From: an uncultured Collinsella sp.
GTDB taxonomy: Bacteria; Actinomycetota; Coriobacteriia; Coriobacteriales; Coriobacteriaceae
DNA: 64,000 nucleotides
Direction of reading: 5' to 3'
Assembly (NCBI GenBank): GCA_902470815.1
Contig: CABRHS010000007.1
Coordinates: forward strand, 29,527-93,526
In this document: piece by piece, positions 1 to 9,930 of the stretch
Layout: each line of letters starts with the position of its first letter
Numbering within the stretch: the first letter of the stretch is position 1
Made by a program: the position numbers and the translations under genes
The notes under the pieces: generated by a model
What the model was told of the DNA's origin: nothing
Databases searched by the model: none
What the model saw: the letters and a program-made list of their open reading frames with translations, nothing else

Positions 1-78
1 GAGACGATCACGGGCGACGAGTTCATGAGCCTGCTCACGAGGGAGAACCCCCTCATGCCCAAGACCACACAGGATTAG
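1..78 (+). CDS. ftsH: C-terminal end of ATP-dependent metalloprotease FtsH (partial)
   Basis: Frame 1 reads ETITGDEFMSLL...TQD*, typical of the FtsH C-terminus; a GC hairpin follows at about 105-142. Confidence 0.6.
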   Translation, partial: ETITGDEFMSLLTRENPLMPKTTQD

Positions 79-176
79 CTCCCCGTGTGAGTGCGAAAGA
101 GAATCGGCGGCCCCGCCAGCATGACCTGCTGCGGGGCCGCTGCGCACCGCCCCTCCCGGGGCCTTGAAAGGAAGTT

Positions 177-1070
177 ATGGTAGAGACTACATCTGACCTG
201 CGTTTCGCAGTGCTCATCGATGCCGATAACATCAGCGAGAAGTACATCAAGGTGATTCTTGATGAGATCTCGAACGCCGGCGTGGCCACATATAAGAGGA
301 TCTACGGCGATTGGACGAGCCCGCGGCTCGCGAGCTGGAAGAGCTGCCTTCTCGACAACTCGATCATTCCCATGCAGCAGTACAGCTACACGTACGGCAA
401 GAACGCCACCGACTCCGCGATGATCATTGACGCGATGGACATCCTGTACTCCGGTACCGTGGACGGCTTCGCCATCGTCAGCTCCGACTCGGACTTCACG
501 CGCCTCGTCGCGCGCCTGCGCGAGAGCGGAATGGTCGTATTGGGTATGGGCGAGCAGAAGACGCCCAAGCCGTTCATCTCCGCCTGCAATCAGTTCAAAT
601 ATCTCGATCTTCTGTACGCTCAACGACAGGTCGAGGATTCCGAGGACGTCGCCCCCCAGGGCGATGAGGTCGATGCCGTTGCCGGGAAGTCGCCGTCCCG
701 CCGACGCAGGAGGCGCCCCGGCGATGCAGGCGGGACGCCCGACGGGCCTTGCTGCTGTGATGACCCCGATGACGAGCTTGACGCCGAGGTCGCGTTCGGC
801 GAGATGAGCCGCGCGGACAAGCGGAGGCATCTGCGGGCGATCCGGTGCGCAATCAACACCGTGATCGACTCGTTCGCAGATGAGGATGGTTGGGTCTCGC
901 TGGGTCAGCTCGGCGACCAGCTGTCCAAGCGGCTCCCCGACTTCGACGTCCGCAACTATGGGTACAAGCGGCTCCGACCCTTCCTCAAATCTCTCGGCGT
1001 CTACGAGTTCAACGAGCCCGATGGGGAGCAGGGGAAGCGTCAGATCTACCTTCGGCAACGCGAGGGCTGA
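177..1070 (+). CDS. NYN (LabA/DUF88) domain protein with C-terminal OST-HTH/LOTUS domain
   Basis: Motifs LIDADN, KNATDSAMIIDAMD, SSDSDF; C-terminal GWVSLGQLG...DFDVRNYGYKRL. Confidence 0.9.
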   Translation: MVETTSDLRFAVLIDADNISEKYIKVILDEISNAGVATYKRIYGDWTSPRLASWKSCLLDNSIIPMQQYSYTYGKNATDSAMIIDAMDILYSGTVDGFAIVSSDSDFTRLVARLRESGMVVLGMGEQKTPKPFISACNQFKYLDLLYAQRQVEDSEDVAPQGDEVDAVAGKSPSRRRRRRPGDAGGTPDGPCCCDDPDDELDAEVAFGEMSRADKRRHLRAIRCAINTVIDSFADEDGWVSLGQLGDQLSKRLPDFDVRNYGYKRLRPFLKSLGVYEFNEPDGEQGKRQIYLRQREG

Positions 1071-1287
1071 TTTTTCCGTGATGTCGCCGCTTGGCCGCCT
1101 TGCGCGGCCTTTCGCGACCATCTTGCGTGACCGGCCTTCCGCTCTTGGATGCTCGGGTCGCTCATCACGTGGAGGACTTGCGGTTTTCCTTGGTGAATGG
1201 GCGTTTCTTGTGTATACTCTCAAACGTTTGTTCAACCTATGTGCCGGCGTACGCGTGCGGCACCTCTAGAAGAGTAAGGAATCTGTC

Positions 1288-1629
1288 ATGGATTACATCC
1301 GCGCAATCGAGCGTCAGCAGATCCGCGAGGACATGCCTCGCATTCTCGTCGGCGACAACGTCAAGGTGCACTACCGCATCAAGGAGGGCGACCGCGAGCG
1401 CGTCCAGGTCTTCCAGGGCGACGTCATCCGTCTCCAGGGTGCCGGTTCCCGTGAGACCTTCACGGTTCGCAAGGTCTCCTACGGCGTGGGCGTCGAGCGC
1501 ACCTTCCCGGTGCACTCCCCGAAGATCGCCAAGCTCGAGGTCGTGCGTCACGGTAAGGTCCGTCGCGCCAAGCTGTACTACCTGCGCGACAAGGTGGGCA
1601 AGGCCGCCCGCATCCCCGAGAAGCGCTAA
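1288..1629 (+). CDS. rplS: 50S ribosomal protein L19
   Basis: [22 protein letters not shown] and [12 protein letters not shown] motifs; RBS AAGGA; -10 TATACT at 1213. Confidence 0.98.
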   Translation: MDYIRAIERQQIREDMPRILVGDNVKVHYRIKEGDRERVQVFQGDVIRLQGAGSRETFTVRKVSYGVGVERTFPVHSPKIAKLEVVRHGKVRRAKLYYLRDKVGKAARIPEKR

Positions 1630-1659
1630 GCTCCCCGAGGTTCACAGATCCGTACGGAA

Positions 1660-1690
1660 GGCGGGCCGCTCTTCGGGGCGGTCCGTTTTT
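1660..1690 (+). terminator. Intrinsic terminator after rplS
   Basis: GGCGGGCCGCTC-TTCG-GGGCGGTCCGTT followed by a T run. Confidence 0.75.
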
Positions 1691-1754
1691 CTGTGCTCCG
1701 CCGCCCCTCGGGCACGCGGTGAAATCCTGAAGGCGATATGTACGGGAGGACCGT

Positions 1755-2543
1755 ATGGCGAACATGACCAGCTCCCAGTCGGCCGCGAAGGTCGCGGCGG
1801 AGCTTGCGAGCGCTGCGTACGATGAGGTGCCGGCGCTTGTCGACCGGTATGCCGATGACCCGCGTCTGCAAGTCCAGAAAGCCCGCGATCGCGCGATCCG
1901 CCGCCTTGAGAAGGAGCGTTGCGAGCACTTGAGGGTCGACGCGATGTACGAGGCCATGGTGGAGCTCGGCGGCGATGGTGTCGTCCTCGGCGTCGACGAG
2001 GTGGGCAGGGGTTCGGTGGCCGGTCCGTTGACCGTCTGCGCGGTATGCCTTCCCAGCGAGCCCCGCATTTGGGGTCTGAATGATTCCAAGCAGCTCACGC
2101 CGGCGAAGCGTGAGATGCTCGCCGTGCGCATCGCGGAGTGCGCCAGGGCCATCGGCATGTGCCATATCTCTCCCGCCCGCATCGACGAGGTCGGCATGGC
2201 CCGCGCCCTGCGCGAGGCCGTCGCGGGCGCCGTGAAAGACACGGGCCTGGAGCCGGACTGCGTTCTCATGGATGGCAACCCCTTGGGTGCCGTCCCGAAT
2301 GAGCGTGATGTGGTGAAGGGCGACGCGAAGGTAGCATGCATCGCGGCCGCCTCGATTGTGGCCAAGGTGACGCGAGACGAGCTCATGGTGGAGCTCGACG
2401 CCGAATATCCCGGCTATCATCTCGCCCAGTCCAAAGGCTATGCATCCGCCGAGCACATCCAGGCGATCAAGGACCACGGGCTGAGTCCGGTTCACCGCGT
2501 GAGCTTTTGCGGAAACTTCCTGGAGACGGCGCGTCTCTTTTAA
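1755..2543 (+). CDS. rnhB: Ribonuclease HII
   Basis: GVDEVGRG, DSKQL, KGDAK..IAAASIVAKVTRD motifs. Confidence 0.95.
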   Translation: MANMTSSQSAAKVAAELASAAYDEVPALVDRYADDPRLQVQKARDRAIRRLEKERCEHLRVDAMYEAMVELGGDGVVLGVDEVGRGSVAGPLTVCAVCLPSEPRIWGLNDSKQLTPAKREMLAVRIAECARAIGMCHISPARIDEVGMARALREAVAGAVKDTGLEPDCVLMDGNPLGAVPNERDVVKGDAKVACIAAASIVAKVTRDELMVELDAEYPGYHLAQSKGYASAEHIQAIKDHGLSPVHRVSFCGNFLETARLF

Positions 2544-2597
2544 CCTCGCATTTGATAGGGGCCCCACGGGGCCCCTTCTTCTTGCAGGGGTTCTTCG

Positions 2598-3182
2598 GTG
2601 CTTGTCGGGAAGGCGTCAGGGTCGTGCTCGGATATTGCCCGCGCCGCCCGGACGCTCGTCACACCCCTCGCTCCATACTCCCATCGTCATTTGGCGAAGG
2701 GAGCTGCAGTGGGAACCGACAGGAACAGGGATCGTGCGCGGGAGATCGTCGACAAATTGATGACTGGAGATGCAGGGGCCATATGCGGAGCGGCTGCGGG
2801 CGAGGTCTCCTGCAAGGTGCTCGGATCGGTGGGCGAGGAGCTCGCCTCGCGGTACCTTGAGTATCGGGGGTATCGGATTGTGGACCGAAATTACCGATGC
2901 CCCGAGGGAGAGGCAGACCTTGTCGCCCGCGATCCGGGCTCAGGCGAGGTCGTCCTCGTCGAGGTGAAGACCAGGAGGTCGCGCGCGGACGCCGTGTTTC
3001 CGGAGGAGGCCGTGACGCTCGCTAAGCAGAGACGCTATCGCAAGATCGCATGCCGGTATGCAGCGGACCACGCGCGCTGTCCCGCCATTCGTTTTGATGT
3101 CATCGCCGTTTCTCTCTCGTCATCGTGCATGGGTCAGATTCGCCATTTGCGCGGAGCTTTCGATTGGGAGGTGGACCTATGA
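2598..3182 (+). CDS. yraN: YraN family (UPF0102) nuclease; true start probably further downstream
   Basis: GEELASRYL, RNYRC..GEADLVA, VEVKTR, RFDVIAV; synteny rnhB-yraN-comM. Confidence 0.85.
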   Translation: MLVGKASGSCSDIARAARTLVTPLAPYSHRHLAKGAAVGTDRNRDRAREIVDKLMTGDAGAICGAAAGEVSCKVLGSVGEELASRYLEYRGYRIVDRNYRCPEGEADLVARDPGSGEVVLVEVKTRRSRADAVFPEEAVTLAKQRRYRKIACRYAADHARCPAIRFDVIAVSLSSSCMGQIRHLRGAFDWEVDL

Positions 3183-4699
3183 GCGCCGCTTCCCGCACGT
3201 ACGCGGTCCACGCCGCATGCATCAGGGGCGTCGAGGCGTTCGACGTCACGGTGGAGATCTCTGAATCGGGCTCCATCCCGGGCCTGACGATCGTGGGTAT
3301 GGCGGACGCGGCAGTCATGGAAGCCCGAAGCAGGATCCGCTGCGCACTGCGCTCAAGCGGGTTCGAAGTTCCGCGGACGTCACTCACGGTGAGTCTCGCC
3401 CCTGGGGATATCAGGAAGACCGGCTCCGGACTCGACCTTCCCATCGCCGTGGCGATACTCGCCCTGTCGGGGCAGATTCCTCGAACGGGACTCGGAGAGT
3501 GCCTGTTTGCGGGCGAGCTCGCGCTGGACGGTTCCGTCGCGGCCGTGAGGGGTGAGGTCGCGTATCGGCTTCTCGCCCGCGATGAGGGCTTGAGGTATGT
3601 GGGCGGAGCCGGAGGCGACGGCGCCGCTCTGGTTGAAGAGGCCGCGTGGTATGTCGACAGGCTCGATCGGTTGCGCTTCGGGGTGAGGGCCGGTGCCTGC
3701 GAACGCGTTCCCGCCGACGTGCCGCGTGGATCGGGCGTGGCGTTGGATTATGGCGACGTGATGGGTCAGGAGGTCGCCAAGCGCGGCATCGTGGTCGCTG
3801 CCGCCGGAGGCCTCGGCATGATGATGGTTGGCGCCCCGGGCTCTGGAAAGACCATGCTCGCCAAGCGGATGCCGGGGATTCTTCCGCCCATAGATGAGCA
3901 CGAGCTGCAAGAGGCGCTCTGCATCCATTCGGTCGCGGGGGAGCCGATAGAGGGCTTGCTGCGCGGAGAAAGGCCGTTCCGAGCGCCGCATCACAGCGTC
4001 TCCGCCGCTGGGCTCGTCGGCGGGGGGCGACCCGTCCGCCCGGGTGAGATCAGCCTGGCGCATGGCGGCATATTGTACTTGGACGAACTGGGGGAGTTCG
4101 CTGCGGGGACGCTCCAGCTCCTGCGTCAACCCTTGGAAGACGGAGTCGTGAGGCTGGTGAGGGTCGACGGGGCCTATGCGTTTCCCGCGCGCTTTCAGCT
4201 TATCGCCGCGAGCAACCCTTGCCCTTGTGGTTACTTGGGCGACCGGGAGGTCCCATGCCGTTGCTCGGATTCCGCCGTTGAGCGTTACCAGGCAAAGCTG
4301 GGTGGCCCGTTGGCCGATCGCATCGACATCGTCATGCACGTTTCCAGACCCGACCCCGATTTGATCGTGAAGGGCGCGGAGGGCCTCGCGACAGAGCAGA
4401 TGAGGACCCAGGTGGAGCGCGGACGAGCATTCCGCGCTTGGCGGGAGTCCCGTTCCGGCTTTGTGACCGCTGGGCCGACCCATGCCTCCTTGGAATCGGC
4501 CGTGAGTGCATTCGGGCTCGACGAGGACGCGACGGCCGTGTTGCTTGACGCCTCACGGGTGCGTCGGCTTACGGGAAGGGGCATTGTCAGGTTGTGCCGC
4601 ATCGCGCGGACCGTTGCCGATCTTGACGAATCCGAATATGTGGGGGCGCGGCACGTCCTCGAGGGTTCGCAGCTGCAGGGGAGGAGGGGCCTTGACTGA
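3179..4699 (+). CDS. comM: YifB/ComM family Mg-chelatase-like AAA+ ATPase
   Basis: GAPGSGKT, PFRAPHHS, PGEISLAHGGILYLDE, ASNPCPCG; GGAGG RBS before ATG 3179. Confidence 0.92.
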   Translation: MSAASRTYAVHAACIRGVEAFDVTVEISESGSIPGLTIVGMADAAVMEARSRIRCALRSSGFEVPRTSLTVSLAPGDIRKTGSGLDLPIAVAILALSGQIPRTGLGECLFAGELALDGSVAAVRGEVAYRLLARDEGLRYVGGAGGDGAALVEEAAWYVDRLDRLRFGVRAGACERVPADVPRGSGVALDYGDVMGQEVAKRGIVVAAAGGLGMMMVGAPGSGKTMLAKRMPGILPPIDEHELQEALCIHSVAGEPIEGLLRGERPFRAPHHSVSAAGLVGGGRPVRPGEISLAHGGILYLDELGEFAAGTLQLLRQPLEDGVVRLVRVDGAYAFPARFQLIAASNPCPCGYLGDREVPCRCSDSAVERYQAKLGGPLADRIDIVMHVSRPDPDLIVKGAEGLATEQMRTQVERGRAFRAWRESRSGFVTAGPTHASLESAVSAFGLDEDATAVLLDASRVRRLTGRGIVRLCRIARTVADLDESEYVGARHVLEGSQLQGRRGLD

Positions 4700-5618
4700 G
4701 CGCGAGGACCGCTTTGAGATTCGCTTGGGGGAGCGCGGGTACCCGGGCTCGGTAGCCGAACTGCCCGATGCGCCGCGCGTCTTGTATGTGCGCGGCGCCC
4801 CCGAGACCCTGGAGGACCGGTCGATCTCGATCATCGGCTCGCGTCGCGCGACGCCGTACGGGCTCGCCGTCTCGGAGCTGGCCGCAAGGCTCGCTGTCGA
4901 GTCGGGCATCACCGTCGTTTCCGGCGGGGCCCGGGGATGCGATCAGGCGGCGGGCCGGGCGGCGCTCGATGCGGGCGGGCGGCATGTCATCGTCTTGGGA
5001 ACCGGTGCGGACGTCGTTTACCCCGCGAGCGCACGCCGACTCGTCGAGGACGCGCTCGATCGAGGGGGATGCGTGGTCTCGCTCGAGCCCTGGGGGACGC
5101 CTCCGCAGCGATGGGCATTCCCGAAGCGCAACAGGGTGATCGCCTCGCTATCGGATGCGACGTTCGTCGCCGAGGCGGGGATGCCGTCGGGGACCTTTTC
5201 CACGGCGGAGACCGCGAATGCTCTGGGCAGGGAGCTCATCGCGGTTCCCGGGTCGATCTTCGCCCCCGAATCGCGAGGTACCAACTACCTTATTGCGAAC
5301 GGGGCCTGCTGCATCGGGGATGAGGAGGCTCTGGAGGTCGCGTTATCGCGCATCTACGGGACGCTGCGTTTCAATAGGGGCCACGCCGGTGGTGTCGGGG
5401 GCCTTGACCGTGACGGGCGCGCCGTCCTGGGCATGCTCGTGGCGTGCCCCATGCGCGCGGAGGATATAGCCGCGCGGATGCGCATCGACGGGGCGGCGTG
5501 CATGGCGCTGTTGAGCCGCCTGGAAATCGCCGGGGTCGTGTCTCGCATGCCCGACGGCAGGATATCACCGTCCAAGTCGGCCCTTCACGCGCTCACGAGC
5601 TTGGGGCACAATGGTTGA
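4692..5618 (+). CDS. dprA: DNA-protecting protein DprA
   Basis: IIGSRRATPYG, VSGGARGCD, FPKRNRVIA; TTG start after GGAGG. Confidence 0.92.
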   Translation: MTEREDRFEIRLGERGYPGSVAELPDAPRVLYVRGAPETLEDRSISIIGSRRATPYGLAVSELAARLAVESGITVVSGGARGCDQAAGRAALDAGGRHVIVLGTGADVVYPASARRLVEDALDRGGCVVSLEPWGTPPQRWAFPKRNRVIASLSDATFVAEAGMPSGTFSTAETANALGRELIAVPGSIFAPESRGTNYLIANGACCIGDEEALEVALSRIYGTLRFNRGHAGGVGGLDRDGRAVLGMLVACPMRAEDIAARMRIDGAACMALLSRLEIAGVVSRMPDGRISPSKSALHALTSLGHNG

Positions 5619-5644
5619 GTCAGTTCGAATGTGAGGAGACCTGC

Positions 5645-6979
5645 ATGACCGATGAGCGAGTGACCGTTGTGGGCGGAGGGCTGGCGGGCTGCGAGTGCGC
5701 CTGCCAGCTCGCCGATCGAGGAGTGCGGGTTCTTCTGCGCGAGATGCGCCCCGAGGCGTCCTCGCCGGCGCACCGGACCTCCGGGCTCGCCGAGCTCGTC
5801 TGCTCGAACTCCCTCAAATCCACGCGCATCGACTCTGCCGCCGGCTTGCTCAAAGAGGAGCTCAGACGCATGGGATCGGTGCTGCTCGATTGCGCGGAGC
5901 GGGCCGCTGTCCCAGCCGGCGGCGCGTTGGCCGTCGATCGCGACCTGTTCTCACGCCATGTGGAGGAGGCGATTGCGTCTCGACCGGGTATCGAGGTGGT
6001 GCGCGGGGAGGTGACGTCCATCCCCGACGGCCCGTGTGTCATCGCGGCGGGACCCCTGTGTTCGCCGGCGCTTTCCCAGGCCGTCCTCGATCTCGTTGGT
6101 GGAGACTCCCTTTCGTTTTTCGACGCGGCGGCGCCCATCGTGGACGCATCCACCATCGACAGGTCCGTTGTCTTCTCCCAGTCGCGTTACGGAGAGGGGG
6201 ACGAGGGCGATTACCTGAACGCCCCGTTCGATAAAGATGAGTACGACGCCTTCATCGAGGCGCTCGTCGGCGCCGATCGCGTCATCCTCAAGGATTTCGA
6301 GCGACGCGAGCTGTTCCAGGCGTGCCAACCTGCGGAGGAGGTCGCGCGCACCGGGCATGACGCGATCCGCTTCGGCGCCATGAAGCCGGTCGGACTCACC
6401 GACCCGCGGACGGGCAGGCGCCCGTGGGCGGCCGTCCAGCTTCGCGCGGAAAACGTCGACCGCACCGCGTACAATCTCGTGGGTTTTCAGACGAACCTCA
6501 CGTTCGGCGAGCAGAAGCGCGTGTTTCGCATGATTCCCGGCCTTGAGTCGGCAGAGTTCTTCAGGTACGGCGTGATGCATCGCAACACGTTCGTCGATGC
6601 CCCGCACGTGCTCGATTCCACGTTCGCCGTCCCCGGCACGCGCGTGCGCCTGGCAGGTCAGATAACCGGCACGGAGGGTTATACCGAGGCCATTGCCTCC
6701 GGACTGCTCGCGGCGCTCAACACGTACGCCGATCTTTCGGGCGCTCCGAGCGTCTCGCTACCCGGAACCGGGGCGCTCGGGTCGCTCGTGGCGTACGCCA
6801 CGGACCCGCGCTGCGCCGACTACCAGCCCATGCACGTCAACTTCGGCGTTGTCCCCCCGCTGGACGACGGCAAGCGGCGCAGCAAGCGCGACCGTTACGC
6901 CGCGTATGCGGAGCGCGCCCTGTCCGACCTCGACGTGTACCTGGCTCAGCGCGCCGACCTGTTTCCGGGTCGCGCCTAA
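5645..6979 (+). CDS. trmFO: FAD-dependent tRNA m5U54 methyltransferase TrmFO
   Basis: VVGGGLAGCE, AELVCSNSL, NLVGFQTNL, RYGVMHRNTF, AGQITGTEGY. Confidence 0.95.
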   Translation: MTDERVTVVGGGLAGCECACQLADRGVRVLLREMRPEASSPAHRTSGLAELVCSNSLKSTRIDSAAGLLKEELRRMGSVLLDCAERAAVPAGGALAVDRDLFSRHVEEAIASRPGIEVVRGEVTSIPDGPCVIAAGPLCSPALSQAVLDLVGGDSLSFFDAAAPIVDASTIDRSVVFSQSRYGEGDEGDYLNAPFDKDEYDAFIEALVGADRVILKDFERRELFQACQPAEEVARTGHDAIRFGAMKPVGLTDPRTGRRPWAAVQLRAENVDRTAYNLVGFQTNLTFGEQKRVFRMIPGLESAEFFRYGVMHRNTFVDAPHVLDSTFAVPGTRVRLAGQITGTEGYTEAIASGLLAALNTYADLSGAPSVSLPGTGALGSLVAYATDPRCADYQPMHVNFGVVPPLDDGKRRSKRDRYAAYAERALSDLDVYLAQRADLFPGRA

Positions 6980-7023
6980 GACGGCCGCGGCGGCCGTGTG
7001 TGCGTGAGGGATGTGATCGGCAT

Positions 7024-7944
7024 ATGGATGGCCCGGGCGAGGGCGCCCTTCTCGGCCTCATCGACGACTTCATCGACCACTTGGCGCGGTTCGAGGGCGC
7101 GAGCCCGGAGACCGTCCGGGCTTACAGACAGCATCTGGAGGCGTACGCGCGTTGGTGCGACAGGAGGGGGATCGACGGCTTTGCGCCCACCGCCCGCGAC
7201 GTGAGGGCGTATCTCTCCGAGTTCCATTCCGGAGGCTACGCCGCGCGGACCGCAGCGGCCCATCTCTCGTCCTTGCGCTCCTTCTTCGGGTGGCTCTCCG
7301 AGCGCGGACTCGGCGGTTCAGATGTCGTGGCGGCGCTCTCGAGTCCCAAGCTCGACAAGCCGCTGCCCTATACGCTCACCGCGGATCAGCTTGAACGCCT
7401 CATGGCTGAGCCCGATCGTTCCACCCCCTCGGGATTGCGCGATGCCGCGATGCTCGAGCTGTTCATCGCGACGGGCGCTCGCATCTCCGAGCTGGCGACG
7501 GTTCGCCTGGGCGATATGGACCTGGTGTCCGGCTCCATCAGGCTATTCGGCAAGGGTTCCAAGGAGCGCGTGGTTCCCCTGTACGTACGGGCCTGCGATG
7601 CCTGTTCGGACTATCTGCAGCAGGGGAGGGGCGCGCTGGTGGCCCGCGGCGGCAAGGAGAGCGGGACGGACAGGTTTTTCATCTCCGACCGCGGGGTGCC
7701 CATGAACAGCTCTGCGCTCCGGTACCGCTTCGATGTGCTCAAGCGGCGCGCGGGGATGCCGTCGGACGTGACCCCGCATGCCATGCGCCACACGTTCGCA
7801 ACGGAGTTGCTCGCCGGCGGGGCGGACCTGAGGAGCGTCCAGGAGCTGCTGGGCCACGCGAGCCTCTCCACCACGCAGATCTACACGCACCTCACGCCCG
7901 ATCGGCTCAAGGCCGCCGTGCATCGCGCGCACCCTCGATCTTAG
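7024..7944 (+). CDS. xerC: Xer-family tyrosine recombinase
   Basis: TGARISEL, GKGSKER, HAMRHTFAT, LLGHASLSTTQIYTH; dprA-trmFO-xer synteny; start and XerC versus XerD assignment uncertain. Confidence 0.85.
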   Translation: MDGPGEGALLGLIDDFIDHLARFEGASPETVRAYRQHLEAYARWCDRRGIDGFAPTARDVRAYLSEFHSGGYAARTAAAHLSSLRSFFGWLSERGLGGSDVVAALSSPKLDKPLPYTLTADQLERLMAEPDRSTPSGLRDAAMLELFIATGARISELATVRLGDMDLVSGSIRLFGKGSKERVVPLYVRACDACSDYLQQGRGALVARGGKESGTDRFFISDRGVPMNSSALRYRFDVLKRRAGMPSDVTPHAMRHTFATELLAGGADLRSVQELLGHASLSTTQIYTHLTPDRLKAAVHRAHPRS

Positions 7945-8030
7945 GTCCCCGCGCGTTTAGTTTGTGAAGTCTTGGCAACGGCCGCCCGACCTGCTACTAT
8001 TCATCAGGTTGCGAAAACGCAACGTTCCAT

Positions 8031-8124
8031 CACACACGCACGGCTACGCGCCGGCCGCGGTGCCCGGGCTCAGGTAGCTCACGCTCGGGTGGCAGGCGCG
8101 GACGACACCGTGCGGAGGCAAACC
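8031..8124 (+). ncRNA. rpsB leader (t44 / S2 autoregulatory RNA)
   Basis: CACACACGC...GGTGCCC...GTGCGGAGGCAAACC pattern directly upstream of rpsB, matching the t44 architecture; TG-TACTAT -10 at about 7992-8000. Confidence 0.75.
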
Positions 8125-8135
8125 GGGAGGTAAAC

Positions 8136-8882
8136 ATGGCTACCAAGATCAATATCCGCACCCTGCTCGAGGCTGGCTGCCACTTCGGTCATCAGACCCG
8201 CCGCTGGAACCCCAAGATGAAGCCGTTCATCTTCGGCGAGCGCAACAACATCTACATCCTCGACCTCAAGCAGACCATCGTCGAGGCCGACAAGGCCTAC
8301 ACCTTCCTCAAGGAGACCGCTGCCAAGGGTGGCAAGGTTCTCTTCGTGGGCACCAAGAAGCAGGCTCAGGAGGCCGTCAAGGCCGCTGCCGAGCGCGCCA
8401 ACATGCCCTACATCAACCAGCGCTGGCTCGGCGGTATGCTCACCAACTTCGTGACCATCCGCTCCCGCATCAACCGCCTCGAGGAGCTCGAGGGCATGGT
8501 GGCCGACGGCTCCATGGCCCTGCGTGGCAAGAAGGAGCAGGCCGTCCTGGGCAAGGAGCTCGCCAAGCTGCAGGCCAACCTCGGTGGCGCCCGTGAGCTC
8601 AAGAGCGCTCCCGCCGCTCTCTTCGTGATCGACACCAAGCGCGAGGAGAACGCCATCAAGGAGGCCAAGCGCCTCGGCATCCCGGTGGTCGCCCTCATCG
8701 ACACCAACTCCGACCCCGACGTCATCGATTACGGCATCCCCTGCAACGATGACGCCATCTCCGCCATCCAGCTCATGTGCGAGCTCTTCGCCGACGCTTG
8801 CCTGGCCGGTTCCGGCAAGGAGCAGATCTCCGAGGCCGAGATGGCCGCCGAGGCTCCTGCGACCGAGGCCGCTGCCGAGTAA
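8136..8882 (+). CDS. rpsB: 30S ribosomal protein S2
   Basis: LLEAGCHFGHQTRRWNPKM, RWLGGMLTNF. Confidence 0.98.
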   Translation: MATKINIRTLLEAGCHFGHQTRRWNPKMKPFIFGERNNIYILDLKQTIVEADKAYTFLKETAAKGGKVLFVGTKKQAQEAVKAAAERANMPYINQRWLGGMLTNFVTIRSRINRLEELEGMVADGSMALRGKKEQAVLGKELAKLQANLGGARELKSAPAALFVIDTKREENAIKEAKRLGIPVVALIDTNSDPDVIDYGIPCNDDAISAIQLMCELFADACLAGSGKEQISEAEMAAEAPATEAAAE

Positions 8883-8928
8883 CTCTTAGATCTTTCGGAT
8901 TCGTCAGTTCCCTTTGAAAGGAATGAAC

Positions 8929-9798
8929 ATGGCTCAGATCACCGCCGCTATGGTCAAGCAGCTCCGCGAGATGACCGACTCCCCGATGATGGAGTGCAAG
9001 AAGGCCCTCGTCGAGGCTGACGGCGATATGGACGCCGCCGTCGACATCCTCCGCAAGAACGGTCTCGCCGCCGCCGCCAAGAAGGCCGGTCGCGACACCA
9101 ACGAGGGTGCCGTCGCCGCATACATCTCCGAGGATGGCCGTATGGGCGCTCTCGCCGAGATCGCCTGTGAGACCGACTTCGTCGCCTCCAACCCCAAGTT
9201 CACCGGCTTTGCCGCCGACGTCGCCAAGGTCGTCTGCGACAACGAGCCCGCCGACGTCGAGGCCCTGCTCGCCTGCGACATGAACGGTGAGACCGTCGAC
9301 GCCGCCCTCACCGAGATGATCCACGTCATCGGCGAGAACATGAAGGTCGCCCGCACGACCGTCCGCAAGCCCGCTGCCGGCGGCGTCGCCTCCTACATCC
9401 ACATGGGCGGCAAGATCGGCGTGCTCGTCGAGTTCTCCTTCGAGAAGCCCGAGACCGCCACTGCCGATGCCTTCAAGGCCTTCGCCCACGACGTGGCCAT
9501 GCAGGTTGCCGCCACCGCCCCCATCGCCGCTGTGCGTGAGGACGTGGCTCAGGACGTCATCGATCACGAGGTCGAGATCTACAAGGCCCAGGCTGCCGAG
9601 TCCGGTAAGCCCGAGGCCATCCAGGAGAAGATGGCCATCGGCCGTCTGGAGAAGTTCTTCAAGGGCATCGTCCTCAACGAGCAGGAGTTCATCAAGGATT
9701 CCAGCATGACCATCAAGGCTTACGCCGAGAAGGTCTCCAAGGAGCTCGGCGACACCATCAAGGTCGTCGCGTTCGATCGTCTGGTCTGCGGCGAGTAA
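8929..9798 (+). CDS. tsf: Elongation factor Ts
   Basis: ITAAMVKQLREMT..MMECKKAL, CETDFV. Confidence 0.98.
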   Translation: MAQITAAMVKQLREMTDSPMMECKKALVEADGDMDAAVDILRKNGLAAAAKKAGRDTNEGAVAAYISEDGRMGALAEIACETDFVASNPKFTGFAADVAKVVCDNEPADVEALLACDMNGETVDAALTEMIHVIGENMKVARTTVRKPAAGGVASYIHMGGKIGVLVEFSFEKPETATADAFKAFAHDVAMQVAATAPIAAVREDVAQDVIDHEVEIYKAQAAESGKPEAIQEKMAIGRLEKFFKGIVLNEQEFIKDSSMTIKAYAEKVSKELGDTIKVVAFDRLVCGE

Positions 9799-9817
9799 CT
9801 TGATTCTTTAAGTTGAG

Positions 9818-9852
9818 AGCAGGTCGTGAGTAGTGCTCACGGCCTGCTTTTT
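9818..9852 (+). terminator. Intrinsic terminator after tsf
   Basis: AGCAGGTCGTGAG...CTCACGGCCTGCT followed by a T run. Confidence 0.75.
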
Positions 9853-9930
9853 CATGGGTCGGGGTCACATGCATGCGCCATGCCCGCAACCCTGTTAAAA
9901 TAGGTGAAATTGCGTTATAAGGAGGACTCC

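Noticed and set aside
177..1070. NYN-LOTUS protein as a defence nuclease
   Set aside because: Widespread stand-alone family in a core context with no partner genes
7024..7944. Tyrosine recombinase as the island integrase
   Set aside because: Housekeeping Xer size and context (dprA-trmFO-xer-rpsB), about 11 kb from the island
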